Both the position numbers and the translations under genes were made by a program. This document shows, piece after piece, positions 8,941-18,809 of a DNA stretch of 64,000 nucleotides. Location: positions 161,986-225,985 of the forward strand of contig CAZYXG010000001.1 of assembly GCA_964650885.1 (NCBI GenBank), in the 5' to 3' direction. The notes under the pieces were generated by a model. It was not told the DNA's origin, made no database searches, and saw only the letters and a program-made list of their open reading frames with translations. Positions within the stretch are counted from its first letter, which is position 1; each line of letters starts with the position of its first letter. This stretch comes from an uncultured Hyphomicrobiales bacterium (lineage in GTDB: Bacteria; Bacteroidota; Ignavibacteria; Kapaibacteriales; UBA2268).

Positions 8941-10008
8941 TTAATCATCATAATCAACAAGCACATCACTTGTAAGTGGGTGTGCTGTGCAAGTTAGTAT
9001 ATAGCCTTGCTCTATTTCAGAATCTGTCAATGCGTCATAGTCATCCATTTTCACTTTGCCAGAAACCAATTTTGCTCGACAAGTCGAACAAGCTCCAATT
9101 TGGCAACTGAAAGGAGGATCTAATGAAGCACGCATACCAGCCACCAATATTGTTTCATCAGTTTCAATTGGTATTTCAGTTTCTTCGCCGTAAAGTCTTA
9201 CTTTAATTGTATGAATATCAGCATTACTAACTTCTTCATCTATTTTATCACTATCAAGTTTTTCAGCTGCCACAAAAGATTCATTATGAATTCTCTCTTT
9301 TGCTACACCCAAAATATTTAAAGTAGCGTTTGCAATATCCATCATTCCACGTGGACCGCAAATAAAGTAGTTTGCGAAAAGCAACTTGTTATTTATTTTA
9401 TCTTGCAGTAGATTCTTTAAAAGAACTTCAGTAATTTTTTCTTGCTTTAACTCACTATTTATCGGCTGTGAGTAAATATTTATTAAGCTAAAGTTGGAAT
9501 ATTGTGATTGCAACATTGCTAATTCTTTAGCAAAAATTACATTTTCCTCATTTCTATTACTGTAAATTAACAAAATTTCAGATTTTTTTTCAACAAATAA
9601 TAATGATTTTAAAATTGACATTAATGGAGTTATTCCACTTCCAGCTCCAATTAATACCACTTGTCTTTCATTTCGTTCGTAAGGTTCAATTGTGAAATGT
9701 CCCAATGGAGGCATCAAATCAACGATTTCACCTATTTTCAATTTGTTATTAATGTAGTTTGAAACAAAACCTTTTTCAACTTCTTTAACAGTTACTGCCA
9801 AGTCTTCATTTGCAAAAGGAGAAGAGCAAGCCGAATATGCTCTACGCTCATCACGCCCTTCGCTATTTATTCTAATTGTTAAGTACTGTCCAGATTTATA
9901 GTTAAAATTTGACTTAATATCATCGGGAATTTCAAAAACAAGTGTAACTGCTTTGCTTGTTTCTCTAATAATATTCTTAATTTTAACTTTGTAAAATTGT
10001 ATTGTCAT
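8941..10008 (-). CDS. FAD/NAD(P)-binding oxidoreductase with C-terminal 2Fe-2S ferredoxin (PaaE/KshB-like)
   Basis: RRAYS (FAD), GAGSGITP (NAD), ICGP, and the ferredoxin motif SCQIGACSTC...LTC. Confidence 0.9.
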   Translation of the reverse strand: MTIQFYKVKIKNIIRETSKAVTLVFEIPDDIKSNFNYKSGQYLTIRINSEGRDERRAYSACSSPFANEDLAVTVKEVEKGFVSNYINNKLKIGEIVDLMPPLGHFTIEPYERNERQVVLIGAGSGITPLMSILKSLLFVEKKSEILLIYSNRNEENVIFAKELAMLQSQYSNFSLINIYSQPINSELKQEKITEVLLKNLLQDKINNKLLFANYFICGPRGMMDIANATLNILGVAKERIHNESFVAAEKLDSDKIDEEVSNADIHTIKVRLYGEETEIPIETDETILVAGMRASLDPPFSCQIGACSTCRAKLVSGKVKMDDYDALTDSEIEQGYILTCTAHPLTSDVLVDYDD

Positions 10009-10041
10009 TCTAAAGTTTGTATTTTTCAGTTTAATAAATTC

Positions 10042-10419
10042 TTAAAGCATACCAAGTTCAAATTTAGCTGCCTCTGTCATTCTGCTCATTTCCCAAGGTG
10101 GATCGAATGTAAGAATTGCTTTTGCATCCTTCACTTCAGGAATTTCTTTCACTTTCGCTTCCACAGTAGGAGGTATTCCACCTGCTTCTGGGCAATTAGG
10201 AGCAGTAAGAGTCATAAGAATAACCACTTCCCTAGAGCTTGTAATATTTATATCGTAAATCAATCCAAGTTCATAGATATTAACAGGAATTTCTGGATCG
10301 AATACTTCCTTAATTTTATCCAATACTTTCACTTCCAACGCAATAAGCTCTGCTTTGTCGGCTGGAGGTAGAGTTACATCAACTTGATTGACTTCTAATA
10401 ATTCTTCTGTTTCTGTCAT
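10042..10419 (-). CDS. sufT: DUF59/SufT-like Fe-S assembly protein
   Basis: DPEIPVNIYELGLIY, MTLTAPNCP and PPW motifs. Start moved to MTETEE (ATG 10419) to avoid a long overlap with sufU. Confidence 0.8.
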   Translation of the reverse strand: MTETEELLEVNQVDVTLPPADKAELIALEVKVLDKIKEVFDPEIPVNIYELGLIYDINITSSREVVILMTLTAPNCPEAGGIPPTVEAKVKEIPEVKDAKAILTFDPPWEMSRMTEAAKFELGML

Positions 10420-10429
10420 ATTATTCTGA

Positions 10430-10882
10430 TTATTCCGTGCAAACTTGTGAATCTTTATTTTCCAAGGCACTAATTAATGTCCGCCAAGCTAAACTAGCAC
10501 ATTTCACTCTTGCCGGGAATTCTCTTACTCCAGCAAAAACAGCAAGTTTGCCCAATTCTTCTAAGTCTAATTCAACATCTTTTTTGCTTGTTACCACAAA
10601 ATGAAATTTATCATAGATACTTTTCACTTCATCAATAGATTTATCTTTTGCCAAAGTAGTCATTATAGAAGCTGATGCTTTAGATATAGCACAGCCACTA
10701 CCATCAAACTTTATGTCGTTAATTTGATTAGAATCTAAATTTATCGTAATTTCTAAATGATCTCCACATAATGGGTTTCTACCCTCTGCATGATTTGTGC
10801 ATGGCGATAAAACTCCAAAATTTCTTGGATTCTTATTGTGATCTAAGATTACTTCTTGATATAATTGTTGAAGTTCATTCAT
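10430..10882 (-). CDS. sufU: SufU-type sulfur acceptor/scaffold
   Basis: LYQEVILDH, NPLCGD, GCAIS and RVKCASL motifs. No LPPVK motif, so not IscU. Confidence 0.9.
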   Translation of the reverse strand: MNELQQLYQEVILDHNKNPRNFGVLSPCTNHAEGRNPLCGDHLEITINLDSNQINDIKFDGSGCAISKASASIMTTLAKDKSIDEVKSIYDKFHFVVTSKKDVELDLEELGKLAVFAGVREFPARVKCASLAWRTLISALENKDSQVCTE

Positions 10883-12121
10883 TTAGTTAAACATTTTAAT
10901 TGCTTTATTTATGGATTCACAAAGAACAAGTATTTCTTCCTTTGTGTTATAAAATGATATTGACGCTCTAGTAGTTGCTGGTATTTTAAAACATCTCATC
11001 AATGGCTCTGTGCAATGGTGTCCTGTTCTAACAGCAACTCCATCCATATCCAGCATTGTACCCATATCGTGGGGATGAATTGATTTATGAACAAATGAAC
11101 AAGCACTTGACTTCTCTAAAGCATTTCCAATAAATCGCAATCCATCAATTTTGGCTAATTCTAATCGAAGGAATTCATAAAGCTCATCTTCATATTTCTT
11201 GATTTTGTCAATTCCAATTGATGTAAGATAATCAATTGCTGCACCTAATCCAATAACACCTTCAATATTTTGAGTGCCTGCTTCAAATTTGAATGGAACT
11301 TCATTGAAAAATGTTTCATCAAAACTCACAGATAAAATCATATCCCCACCAGTTTGATAAGGCGGCATAGCATTTAATAAATCCATTTTGCCCCAAAGCA
11401 CTCCAACTCCTGTTGGTGCATAGAGCTTATGACCTGAAAAAACTAGGAAATCACATCCAATATCTTGAACATCTATAGGCAAATGTTGGATAGATTGAGC
11501 TGCATCAATTATAACCAATGATCCATAACTTTTTGCTATTTTAGTTATTTCTTTAATTGGATTTATAGTACCTAATGTATTTGAAACATGAACTAAAGAA
11601 ACTATTTTTGTTTCTTCAGAAATTAAAGTTTCAAATTCATCCAACATCAAATCACCATTTTCATCGATTGGTGTTATTAACAAATGAATACCAATTTCTT
11701 TTTCAAGTATTTGCCAAGGAACAATATTAGCGTGATGCTCCATTTGTGAAATTATAACTTCATCGCCAGCTTTTAAATATTGTTTGCCTAATGAATAAGC
11801 CAATAAATTCAATGAATCAGTAGCACCTTTGGTGAAAATTATTTCTTCCGACATCGGTGCATTGATAAATTTCTGTACTTTTGTTCGTACATCTTCATAT
11901 TCTTCCGATGCTATTTGACTTAGTAAATGCACTCCTCTATGAATATTGCTATTATAAGAAGTATAATACTCGACTATTTTGTCAATTACAGCTTGGGGTT
12001 TTTGAGTAGTAGATGCATTATCCAAATAAACAAGAGGTTTACTATGCACAATAGTTTTTAAAATCGGAAAATCGTTTCTAATTTTATCAATGTCAAATTT
12101 ATTTAATAATTGTTTTGTCAT
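10883..12121 (-). CDS. sufS: Cysteine desulfurase
   Basis: YLDNASTTQKP, SGHKLYAPTG (PLP lysine) and RTGHHC motifs. Confidence 0.95.
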   Translation of the reverse strand: MTKQLLNKFDIDKIRNDFPILKTIVHSKPLVYLDNASTTQKPQAVIDKIVEYYTSYNSNIHRGVHLLSQIASEEYEDVRTKVQKFINAPMSEEIIFTKGATDSLNLLAYSLGKQYLKAGDEVIISQMEHHANIVPWQILEKEIGIHLLITPIDENGDLMLDEFETLISEETKIVSLVHVSNTLGTINPIKEITKIAKSYGSLVIIDAAQSIQHLPIDVQDIGCDFLVFSGHKLYAPTGVGVLWGKMDLLNAMPPYQTGGDMILSVSFDETFFNEVPFKFEAGTQNIEGVIGLGAAIDYLTSIGIDKIKKYEDELYEFLRLELAKIDGLRFIGNALEKSSACSFVHKSIHPHDMGTMLDMDGVAVRTGHHCTEPLMRCFKIPATTRASISFYNTKEEILVLCESINKAIKMFN

Positions 12122-13431
12122 TATTTTACTAACAGCTCAGATACTTGTATTTCTAATGTTTCACGTAATATCGGTATTTCTATTTTTGACAAAATATCAC
12201 CAGCATAAGCATTTAAAAGCATAGTGCGAGCTAACACTTCTGAAATTCCACGTGTTTTCAAATAAAATAATGCGTCTTCATCTAGTTTGCCAGTGCTTGC
12301 ACCGTGACTACATTTCACATCGTCAGCATAAATTTCTAATTCTGGTTTTGTATTAACTTTTGCTGTGTCAGAAAGCAGAATAGTCTTACTGGATTGGTAA
12401 GCATTTGTTTTTTGAGCATCTCTTTTAACTAAGATTTTGCCATTGAAAACTGAAACTGAATCGCCATCTAACACACCTTTATAGATTTCATTGCTTGTGC
12501 AATTTGGTACATTATGATTAATCTTTGTGTGATTATCTATGTAATTCTTTCCATCAACTATATACAAACCTATTAAATCTGCGTGAGAAAACTCACCATT
12601 CAAACTGATATGAACATCGTTTCTTGTGAATTTCTCATTCAAGCATATTGTGTAGTTCGAATAAACTGCACCAGTTTGGACATAAGCATTTATTACACTA
12701 AATTTATGGCTAGCTAAATTATCATTTTGAATTAAATAATGTGATAAAGTCGCTTTCTCATCTACATAAATCTCATAAGAGTAATTTTGTATTTTATTTG
12801 AATCATTAACAGATTTATACTGTGTGATGATTTTAGCGTTAGAATCTTTATTGGCAAATATGAACAACTTGTTGTTCACTAAATAATCTGCATCATCTTT
12901 TGTATTCAAATGATTAATAATTACTGGATACTCAAGTAATTTACCTTTAACTATTTCTAAAACCACTGAATCTTGAGAGAAAGAATTAACAATATTTAAA
13001 GCAAAATGATTCATTTCAAAACTTTCTTTAAACTTTGCAATGAAAGTTGAATCAGCAATAATTGTATTTTTCAAACTGCTTATTTTGATTTTATCACTTT
13101 CTCTAATGATAGAAAGTTCTTGAGAGAAAAAACCATCAACATAAGTTAGTGTATTTGCAAGTTCTTCTGTATAGAGTCCTTTGAATTCATTTATATCAAG
13201 TGTTTCTGGATTCGGAGTAAACTTGATTTTGAAATCAACTTTGTTTAAAAATCCAAGATTGGTATATTTCCAATCTTCAGAGCGAAGAGTGGGAATACCA
13301 TTTGAAGCAAACTTTTCGTGTGCAGCTTTCTGAAATGCAAACAATGGAGAGTTCTTCTGTCCATTAAGTGAAGCTTCATATACTTCAAAGTTTGTGTTTA
13401 TTCTGCTAAAAAAATTAATTTTGTTTTCCAT
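12121..13431 (-). CDS. sufD: Fe-S cluster assembly protein SufD
   Basis: EDWKYT and KPELEIYADDVKCSHGA motifs. Confidence 0.93.
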   Translation of the reverse strand: MENKINFFSRINTNFEVYEASLNGQKNSPLFAFQKAAHEKFASNGIPTLRSEDWKYTNLGFLNKVDFKIKFTPNPETLDINEFKGLYTEELANTLTYVDGFFSQELSIIRESDKIKISSLKNTIIADSTFIAKFKESFEMNHFALNIVNSFSQDSVVLEIVKGKLLEYPVIINHLNTKDDADYLVNNKLFIFANKDSNAKIITQYKSVNDSNKIQNYSYEIYVDEKATLSHYLIQNDNLASHKFSVINAYVQTGAVYSNYTICLNEKFTRNDVHISLNGEFSHADLIGLYIVDGKNYIDNHTKINHNVPNCTSNEIYKGVLDGDSVSVFNGKILVKRDAQKTNAYQSSKTILLSDTAKVNTKPELEIYADDVKCSHGASTGKLDEDALFYLKTRGISEVLARTMLLNAYAGDILSKIEIPILRETLEIQVSELLVK

Positions 13432-13446
13432 TTTCTATTGTTTTAT

Positions 13447-14187
13447 TTAATTCTTAATCCAATCATAACCTTTTTCTTCTAGCTCAAGAGCAAGCTCTTT
13501 AGTTCCTGATTTCACAATCTTGCCATCGTATAAAACGTGAACAAAATCAGGTATGATATAATCTAAGAGTCTTTGGTAGTGAGTTATGATAATAAAAGCA
13601 TTCTGATCATTCTTTAGTTTATTCACACCATTTGCAACTACTTTCAATGCATCAATGTCAAGCCCAGAGTCTGTCTCGTCCAATATTGACAACTTAGGTT
13701 CAAGCATGGCCATTTGGAATACTTCATTACGTTTTTTCTCTCCACCAGAAAAACCTTCGTTGACAGAGCGAGAAAGAAAACTACTTTCAATTTCAACTAA
13801 TGAAGCTTTCTCTTTCATTAATTTCAAAAAGTCCATAGCATCTAAAGGTTCTTTATTTTGTGCTTTTCTAATTTCATTGACTGAAGCTTTCATAAAGTTT
13901 GCATTTGAAACTCCAGGAATTTCAACTGGATATTGAAAAGCCAAGAAAACACCTTTTCTAGCTCTATCTTCTGGTTCTAATTCCAAAAGTTCTTCACCCT
14001 CAAGCAAAACGCTACCTTCAGTAACATTATAATCTTCTTTGCCAGCCAAAACAGAAGCCAAAGTGCTTTTGCCAGCTCCATTTGGTCCCATTATAGCGTG
14101 TATTTCACCAGGTTTAACTTCTAAGTTTAGCCCTTTTAATATTTCATTGCCATCAATTGAGGCATGTAAGTTTGTTATTTTTAACAT
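13447..14187 (-). CDS. sufC: Fe-S assembly ABC ATPase SufC
   Basis: [19 protein letters not shown] and [11 protein letters not shown] motifs. Confidence 0.96.
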   Translation of the reverse strand: MLKITNLHASIDGNEILKGLNLEVKPGEIHAIMGPNGAGKSTLASVLAGKEDYNVTEGSVLLEGEELLELEPEDRARKGVFLAFQYPVEIPGVSNANFMKASVNEIRKAQNKEPLDAMDFLKLMKEKASLVEIESSFLSRSVNEGFSGGEKKRNEVFQMAMLEPKLSILDETDSGLDIDALKVVANGVNKLKNDQNAFIIITHYQRLLDYIIPDFVHVLYDGKIVKSGTKELALELEEKGYDWIKN

Positions 14188-14205
14188 TTCTTTTCTTTGC
14201 GTTTA

Positions 14206-15687
14206 TTAATTTCTAAATTTATAAATTGAAGTTTTATACTCTTTAAAATGAATTTTCTCCATAGTTCCCGAAACAACTAATGGATTGATCTGCTTATTCT
14301 TTAATGATGTATCTGAAAATACAAAAAATGGATTGATGCCAGTTTCTTTTAATTTTCTAATTTCAACGGTATCACTAAAATCAAAATACGAATCCATAAT
14401 GAATCTAATTGGTTTATTTATATACAGTTGCAATAAATAATTGTCAAATTCACTATAATAATGAGTTGCTATTGCTAAATCTTTATTTTGCATAATATTA
14501 CTACTAATATTCTTTTCTAAAGGTAAATTAATTGGTAATTTATGTAAAGCTTTAGTTTGGTTATAAGTAAATAATATTGAAATTAAGAATATTAGACCAA
14601 ACAAGGATTTACTATATTTAATTGTAATCAATTTATCCATCACGAATATAAAACAAACGAAAAGAGTTACTATTGAAGGAAACATTAATCTTGGTCCTAA
14701 TTCGTTAAAGTCCGAAATCATAGAAAGAAAAATAATCCCACCAAAGTTCACTATAAATGCTAAATAAAGACCTAAGTAAGTATTTTTAGTTAATGATAAC
14801 TTTTTATATATTATAGGGAGTAAAGTTAAGAGCATAAAAAAAACAAAAGAAATTATAACTACTATTGGTAAATACTTGTTCATTACTCCAAGTTTACTCA
14901 AAAAACTATCAAATACATTAAAGTCAATTGACTTCCCTACTTTGTGACTATAAGTTGTATATCCGTATAAATAATTATTTCTAGCGAACCATACAATTAT
15001 TGGAATTGTGCCACTAAAAGCAAAAAGTAAAGCAAGTTTAATTTTCATTTTGCTAGTCAATTCTTTATTATTCAATAAAAATATTAGTACAAATCCTAAA
15101 GAAAAGACACCAATATATTTAAAACTACTTCCCAATAATAACGAAATAGCCAAATAATAGAAATCTCTATTATTGCTATTCTTGTTTGACATTTTCAAAG
15201 AGTAATACAAGCTTGCAAATATAGTTACTACAAGAGGTAGCTCTGCATAAAATGAATAAAGACCTTTGCTTGTCATCGGAAAAAATGCAATTAATAATAC
15301 TCCAGAAAGTATAGAATAACTTTTTAATTCCAATATTTCAAATAACTTAAATAGATAGTAAAAGAAAAGAACTAAAAATATAGATTGCAAAACAAAAGCT
15401 GCAATCAATGGTTCATTTACTATTTTCAAAATTGGACTTAAAAGCAATGGCAAGCCAGGTGCACAATCAGTGAATGCTTCTTCAATAGGCAATAATGTCA
15501 TTGAAGGCCAATTTGTAATATTTATAAATTTACCAGTTGATGCAAAATGATTAGTAGTTGAGATATAAGAAGCTGAATCTGGCGTAATATTTAATATTGC
15601 AGCCCAGCAGTATATCTTAAAAAAGATTACCGAAATAATAGAAATGATTAATACATTTTTATTGATTTCAATATTTCTAACCAACAC
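14206..15687 (-). CDS. Polytopic membrane protein, probable GT-C fold (PMT/ArnT-like) glycosyltransferase
   Basis: N-terminal TM followed by TPDSASY, then PGLPLL, E in YAELP, K in FKYIG, WFARN and RLMFP. Many TM helices. The GTG start overlaps the end of sufB. Confidence 0.65.
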   Translation of the reverse strand: MLVRNIEINKNVLIISIISVIFFKIYCWAAILNITPDSASYISTTNHFASTGKFINITNWPSMTLLPIEEAFTDCAPGLPLLLSPILKIVNEPLIAAFVLQSIFLVLFFYYLFKLFEILELKSYSILSGVLLIAFFPMTSKGLYSFYAELPLVVTIFASLYYSLKMSNKNSNNRDFYYLAISLLLGSSFKYIGVFSLGFVLIFLLNNKELTSKMKIKLALLFAFSGTIPIIVWFARNNYLYGYTTYSHKVGKSIDFNVFDSFLSKLGVMNKYLPIVVIISFVFFMLLTLLPIIYKKLSLTKNTYLGLYLAFIVNFGGIIFLSMISDFNELGPRLMFPSIVTLFVCFIFVMDKLITIKYSKSLFGLIFLISILFTYNQTKALHKLPINLPLEKNISSNIMQNKDLAIATHYYSEFDNYLLQLYINKPIRFIMDSYFDFSDTVEIRKLKETGINPFFVFSDTSLKNKQINPLVVSGTMEKIHFKEYKTSIYKFRN

Positions 15688-17128
15688 TACCTTCCAAACT
15701 TATAGCAAGAAGCTTTTGTGCCTCAACAGCAAATTCCATAGGCAACTGATTCAACACTTCCTTTGCATAACCATTTACAATTAAAGCCATAGCATCTTCA
15801 GTACTCATTCCACGCTGTTTGCAATAAAACAAAATATCTTCAGAAACTTTACTTGTTGTAGCTTCATGCTCTACCACTGAGTCTTTATTTGAAATTTCAA
15901 TATAAGGAAAAGTATGGGCCCCGCATTTGTCGCCAAGCAATAAAGAATCACATTGAGAGAAGTTCCTAGCATTAACTGCTTTCTTACCTATATTTACTAA
16001 CCCACGATAGCTGTTATTGCTAAAGCCAGCAGAAATACCTTTAGAAATAATTTTACTTCTTGTATTTTTACCTATATGAATCATTTTCGAGCCAGTATCT
16101 GCTTGCTGATGATTATTAGTAACTGCAACAGAATAAAATTCACCGATTGAGTTATCGCCTTTTAAAACACAACTTGGATACTTCCAAGTGATTGAAGAAC
16201 CAGTTTCAACTTGTGTCCAAGAAATTTTAGAGTTATTACCTTCGCAAATACCACGTTTAGTTACAAAGTTGTAAATACCACCTTTACCATTTTTATCACC
16301 TGGATACCAATTTTGAACAGTTGAGTATTTCACTTCAGCATTTTCATGAGCTACTATTTCCACCACAGCTGCGTGTAATTGATTTTCATCTCTCATTGGA
16401 GCTGTACATCCCTCAAGATAGCTTACATAGGAATTATCATCTGCAATAATTAATGTACGTTCAAACTGCCCTGTTGATGCAGCATTTATACGGAAATATG
16501 TAGATAATTCCATTGGACAGCGAACACCTTTGGGAATATAGCAAAAAGAACCATCACTGTAGACAGCAGAGTTCAAAGCTGCGAAATAATTATCAGTATA
16601 TGGGACTACAGAACCTAAATACTTTTTAACTAAATCAGGATGCTCTTGCACTGCTTCGCTCATTGGACAAAACACAATTCCCTTTTCAGCTAAAGTTTCT
16701 TTAAATGTAGTCGCAACTGAAACAGAATCAATTACAGCATCAATTGCAATTGGAATACCTGATATTCTTTTCTGCTCATTCAATGAAATTCCAAGTTTTT
16801 CAAACGTAGCAAGCAATTCTGGATCTACTTCGTCCAAACTATTGATAGTAGCTTTTTGCTTTGGAGCTGCATAGTAATAATGATCTTGATAATTAATTGC
16901 TGGGAATTCAACTTTTGCCCAACTTGGTTCTTTCAAAGTTAACCAGTGTTTATAAGCTTTAAGTCTCCATTCCAACATAAACTCAGGTTCATTTTTCTTT
17001 GCAGAAATAAATCTTACTGTGTCTTCGCTTAGACCTTTTGGTGCAAACTCTTGTTCAATGTCAGTAACGAATCCGTATTTATAATCGGAGCCAGTTACTT
17101 CTTCTATTATTTCTAAACTTTCACTCAT
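15677..17128 (-). CDS. sufB: Fe-S cluster assembly protein SufB
   Basis: [28 protein letters not shown] and EHEATTSK motifs. Confidence 0.97.
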   Translation of the reverse strand: MSESLEIIEEVTGSDYKYGFVTDIEQEFAPKGLSEDTVRFISAKKNEPEFMLEWRLKAYKHWLTLKEPSWAKVEFPAINYQDHYYYAAPKQKATINSLDEVDPELLATFEKLGISLNEQKRISGIPIAIDAVIDSVSVATTFKETLAEKGIVFCPMSEAVQEHPDLVKKYLGSVVPYTDNYFAALNSAVYSDGSFCYIPKGVRCPMELSTYFRINAASTGQFERTLIIADDNSYVSYLEGCTAPMRDENQLHAAVVEIVAHENAEVKYSTVQNWYPGDKNGKGGIYNFVTKRGICEGNNSKISWTQVETGSSITWKYPSCVLKGDNSIGEFYSVAVTNNHQQADTGSKMIHIGKNTRSKIISKGISAGFSNNSYRGLVNIGKKAVNARNFSQCDSLLLGDKCGAHTFPYIEISNKDSVVEHEATTSKVSEDILFYCKQRGMSTEDAMALIVNGYAKEVLNQLPMEFAVEAQKLLAISLEGSVG

Positions 17129-18276
17129 TTATTTTCTATTTCTTGTTTAATAATTTGCAATAATTTTTCTACGCTATTTTTCCAGTTCAGTCGTTTTTCG
17201 TATTCATCAAAAGAACTTTTACATAGTTCTTTGTATTGTGTTAGGTCGGAAGTAATTTCAATTATTTTACTTAAAATCACTTCATCTTTTTCATCAAGTT
17301 CAAACTTATAACCATTTTTTCCGTCAAATACAACTGAAGGAATTCCACCAACATTACTTGTTATTGAAGGCAACCCATGAGCAGATGCTTCGGCGAAAAC
17401 CAAACCAAATGCTTCGAACAATGAAGGAACAAAAAGCAATGTTGAGTCATAAAGATATTGCTCTATCTTTTGCATTCCTTCTTCTGTGCCTTTGGAAATA
17501 AAACCAATTACATTAGTAAAGCTTTTGTACTTATTATCTATATTAGGATTGCAACCAACTACATTCAACTCAATGTCGAATCCTTTTTGTTTCAAAAGAT
17601 AAAGCACTCTAAGTACTCTATCCAATCCTTTTCTTTCAGCTTCTACTGCTAAAAACAAAAACTTCAACTTATTTAACGACTTCGATTCAATATTGCTATA
17701 AACTTCTTCTTTAATAGGTATATAATTTAAATTTGCACCAAATGGTAATTCTACAAATTGTGAGGAATCTATCTTGTAATCATTCTTTAAAGATTCTGTT
17801 GCCCAAGAGGAAGACATAAAAACTTTACTAGCATTCCTAAAAGCAAAAGTTTCAAAATCATTTAATCTTTTTTGAACTTTGCTATTCATTGCTGAATACC
17901 ACGGATAGGACTGAGTTAAATTTTCAAATGTAGCATCGGACCAAATAAAAACTGGCACATCAGTCTTTAATGCTACTACGGGTAAACTTCCAGCTGATAC
18001 AATTATATCTGGTTTATTGATTTTTATAAAATTATTAACTTGTTTAGCAAATCCATTAAAAGCCAATGGGTTTCTAAATACTTCGTATTTACTTTTAAAT
18101 ATAAAAATTACTATAATTTTTATTAGGTATTGAATAATCTTATAATTTATTTTCAGTCCACCCATTGCAATTGTATCTTTGTTCAGTTCAGAGATTGATT
18201 TAAACATAAAGTAATTAGTGCCAGACCAAGACTTTACATTCAAATGACTATCCAATGATATAAAAGCTATTTTCAA
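17125..18276 (-). CDS. Glycosyltransferase family 4 (GT-B)
   Basis: RKGLD and [20 protein letters not shown] (EX7E) motifs, plus SNVGGIP. TTG start. Its stop overlaps the sufB start (ATGA). Confidence 0.9.
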   Translation of the reverse strand: MKIAFISLDSHLNVKSWSGTNYFMFKSISELNKDTIAMGGLKINYKIIQYLIKIIVIFIFKSKYEVFRNPLAFNGFAKQVNNFIKINKPDIIVSAGSLPVVALKTDVPVFIWSDATFENLTQSYPWYSAMNSKVQKRLNDFETFAFRNASKVFMSSSWATESLKNDYKIDSSQFVELPFGANLNYIPIKEEVYSNIESKSLNKLKFLFLAVEAERKGLDRVLRVLYLLKQKGFDIELNVVGCNPNIDNKYKSFTNVIGFISKGTEEGMQKIEQYLYDSTLLFVPSLFEAFGLVFAEASAHGLPSITSNVGGIPSVVFDGKNGYKFELDEKDEVILSKIIEITSDLTQYKELCKSSFDEYEKRLNWKNSVEKLLQIIKQEIENK

Positions 18277-18277
18277 A

Positions 18278-18733
18278 TTAATTTAACCTCAAATCAATTT
18301 GTATTTTTGCTTCATAATTACTTTCTTTAGAACTCTTCAATTCAGATAGCAGAGTCCTTTGAAATATATTTGTAACTTTATTTTGTAGCAATAGAAGTGG
18401 TTTTTTGATTGAGCAATTTGAATGCCTAGCACAAGCTTTTGAATGATTATCATCCATACACTCAGCAAGAAATATTTTGCTATCCAAAGCTTCAATTATT
18501 TCAGAAAGAGTTATTTCCTCAGATGGTTTTGCGAGTAAATAACCTCCCTTTATTCCTTTTGTAGAGGAAATCAAGCCTTGTTTCATTAACTTTTGCAAAG
18601 TTTTCGCTAAGAATTCAAAAGATAGTTCTAGATTATCAGAAATTTCTTTAGCAGAAACAAGAGTCCTTTCTCTATCTGCTAAATATTGCATTGATAGAAT
18701 TCCGTACTCTACTTTTTTTGATAATCGAAACAT
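18278..18733 (-). CDS. Rrf2 family (IscR-like) transcriptional regulator
   Basis: MFRLSKKVEYG start (ATG 18733), KGIKGGYLLA wing, and three Cys (ECMDDNHSKACARHSNC). Confidence 0.9.
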   Translation of the reverse strand: MFRLSKKVEYGILSMQYLADRERTLVSAKEISDNLELSFEFLAKTLQKLMKQGLISSTKGIKGGYLLAKPSEEITLSEIIEALDSKIFLAECMDDNHSKACARHSNCSIKKPLLLLQNKVTNIFQRTLLSELKSSKESNYEAKIQIDLRLN

Positions 18734-18784
18734 ATTTTTGTTTTGTGTTAAAACTGAACACAAATATAAGGAATAGAAATGGAA

Positions 18785-18805
18785 ATACGACAACTTTTAT
18801 CGTAT
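18785..18805. promoter_or_regulatory. Candidate Rrf2 operator (ATACGAcAA-N3-TTaTCGTAT)
   Basis: 9-bp inverted repeat with one mismatch, just upstream of a TATATTTG motif (18761-18768, minus strand) in front of the rrf2-suf operon. Confidence 0.5.
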
Positions 18806-18809
18806 ATTT

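Noticed and set aside
10420-10470. Extended N-terminus of sufT in the ORF track
   Set aside because: It overlaps sufU by about 40 nt. The ATG at 10419, just after the sufU stop, is more plausible.
18734-18793. Extended N-terminus of the Rrf2 ORF
   Set aside because: It runs through the putative promoter/operator. Family similarity starts at MFRLSKK.
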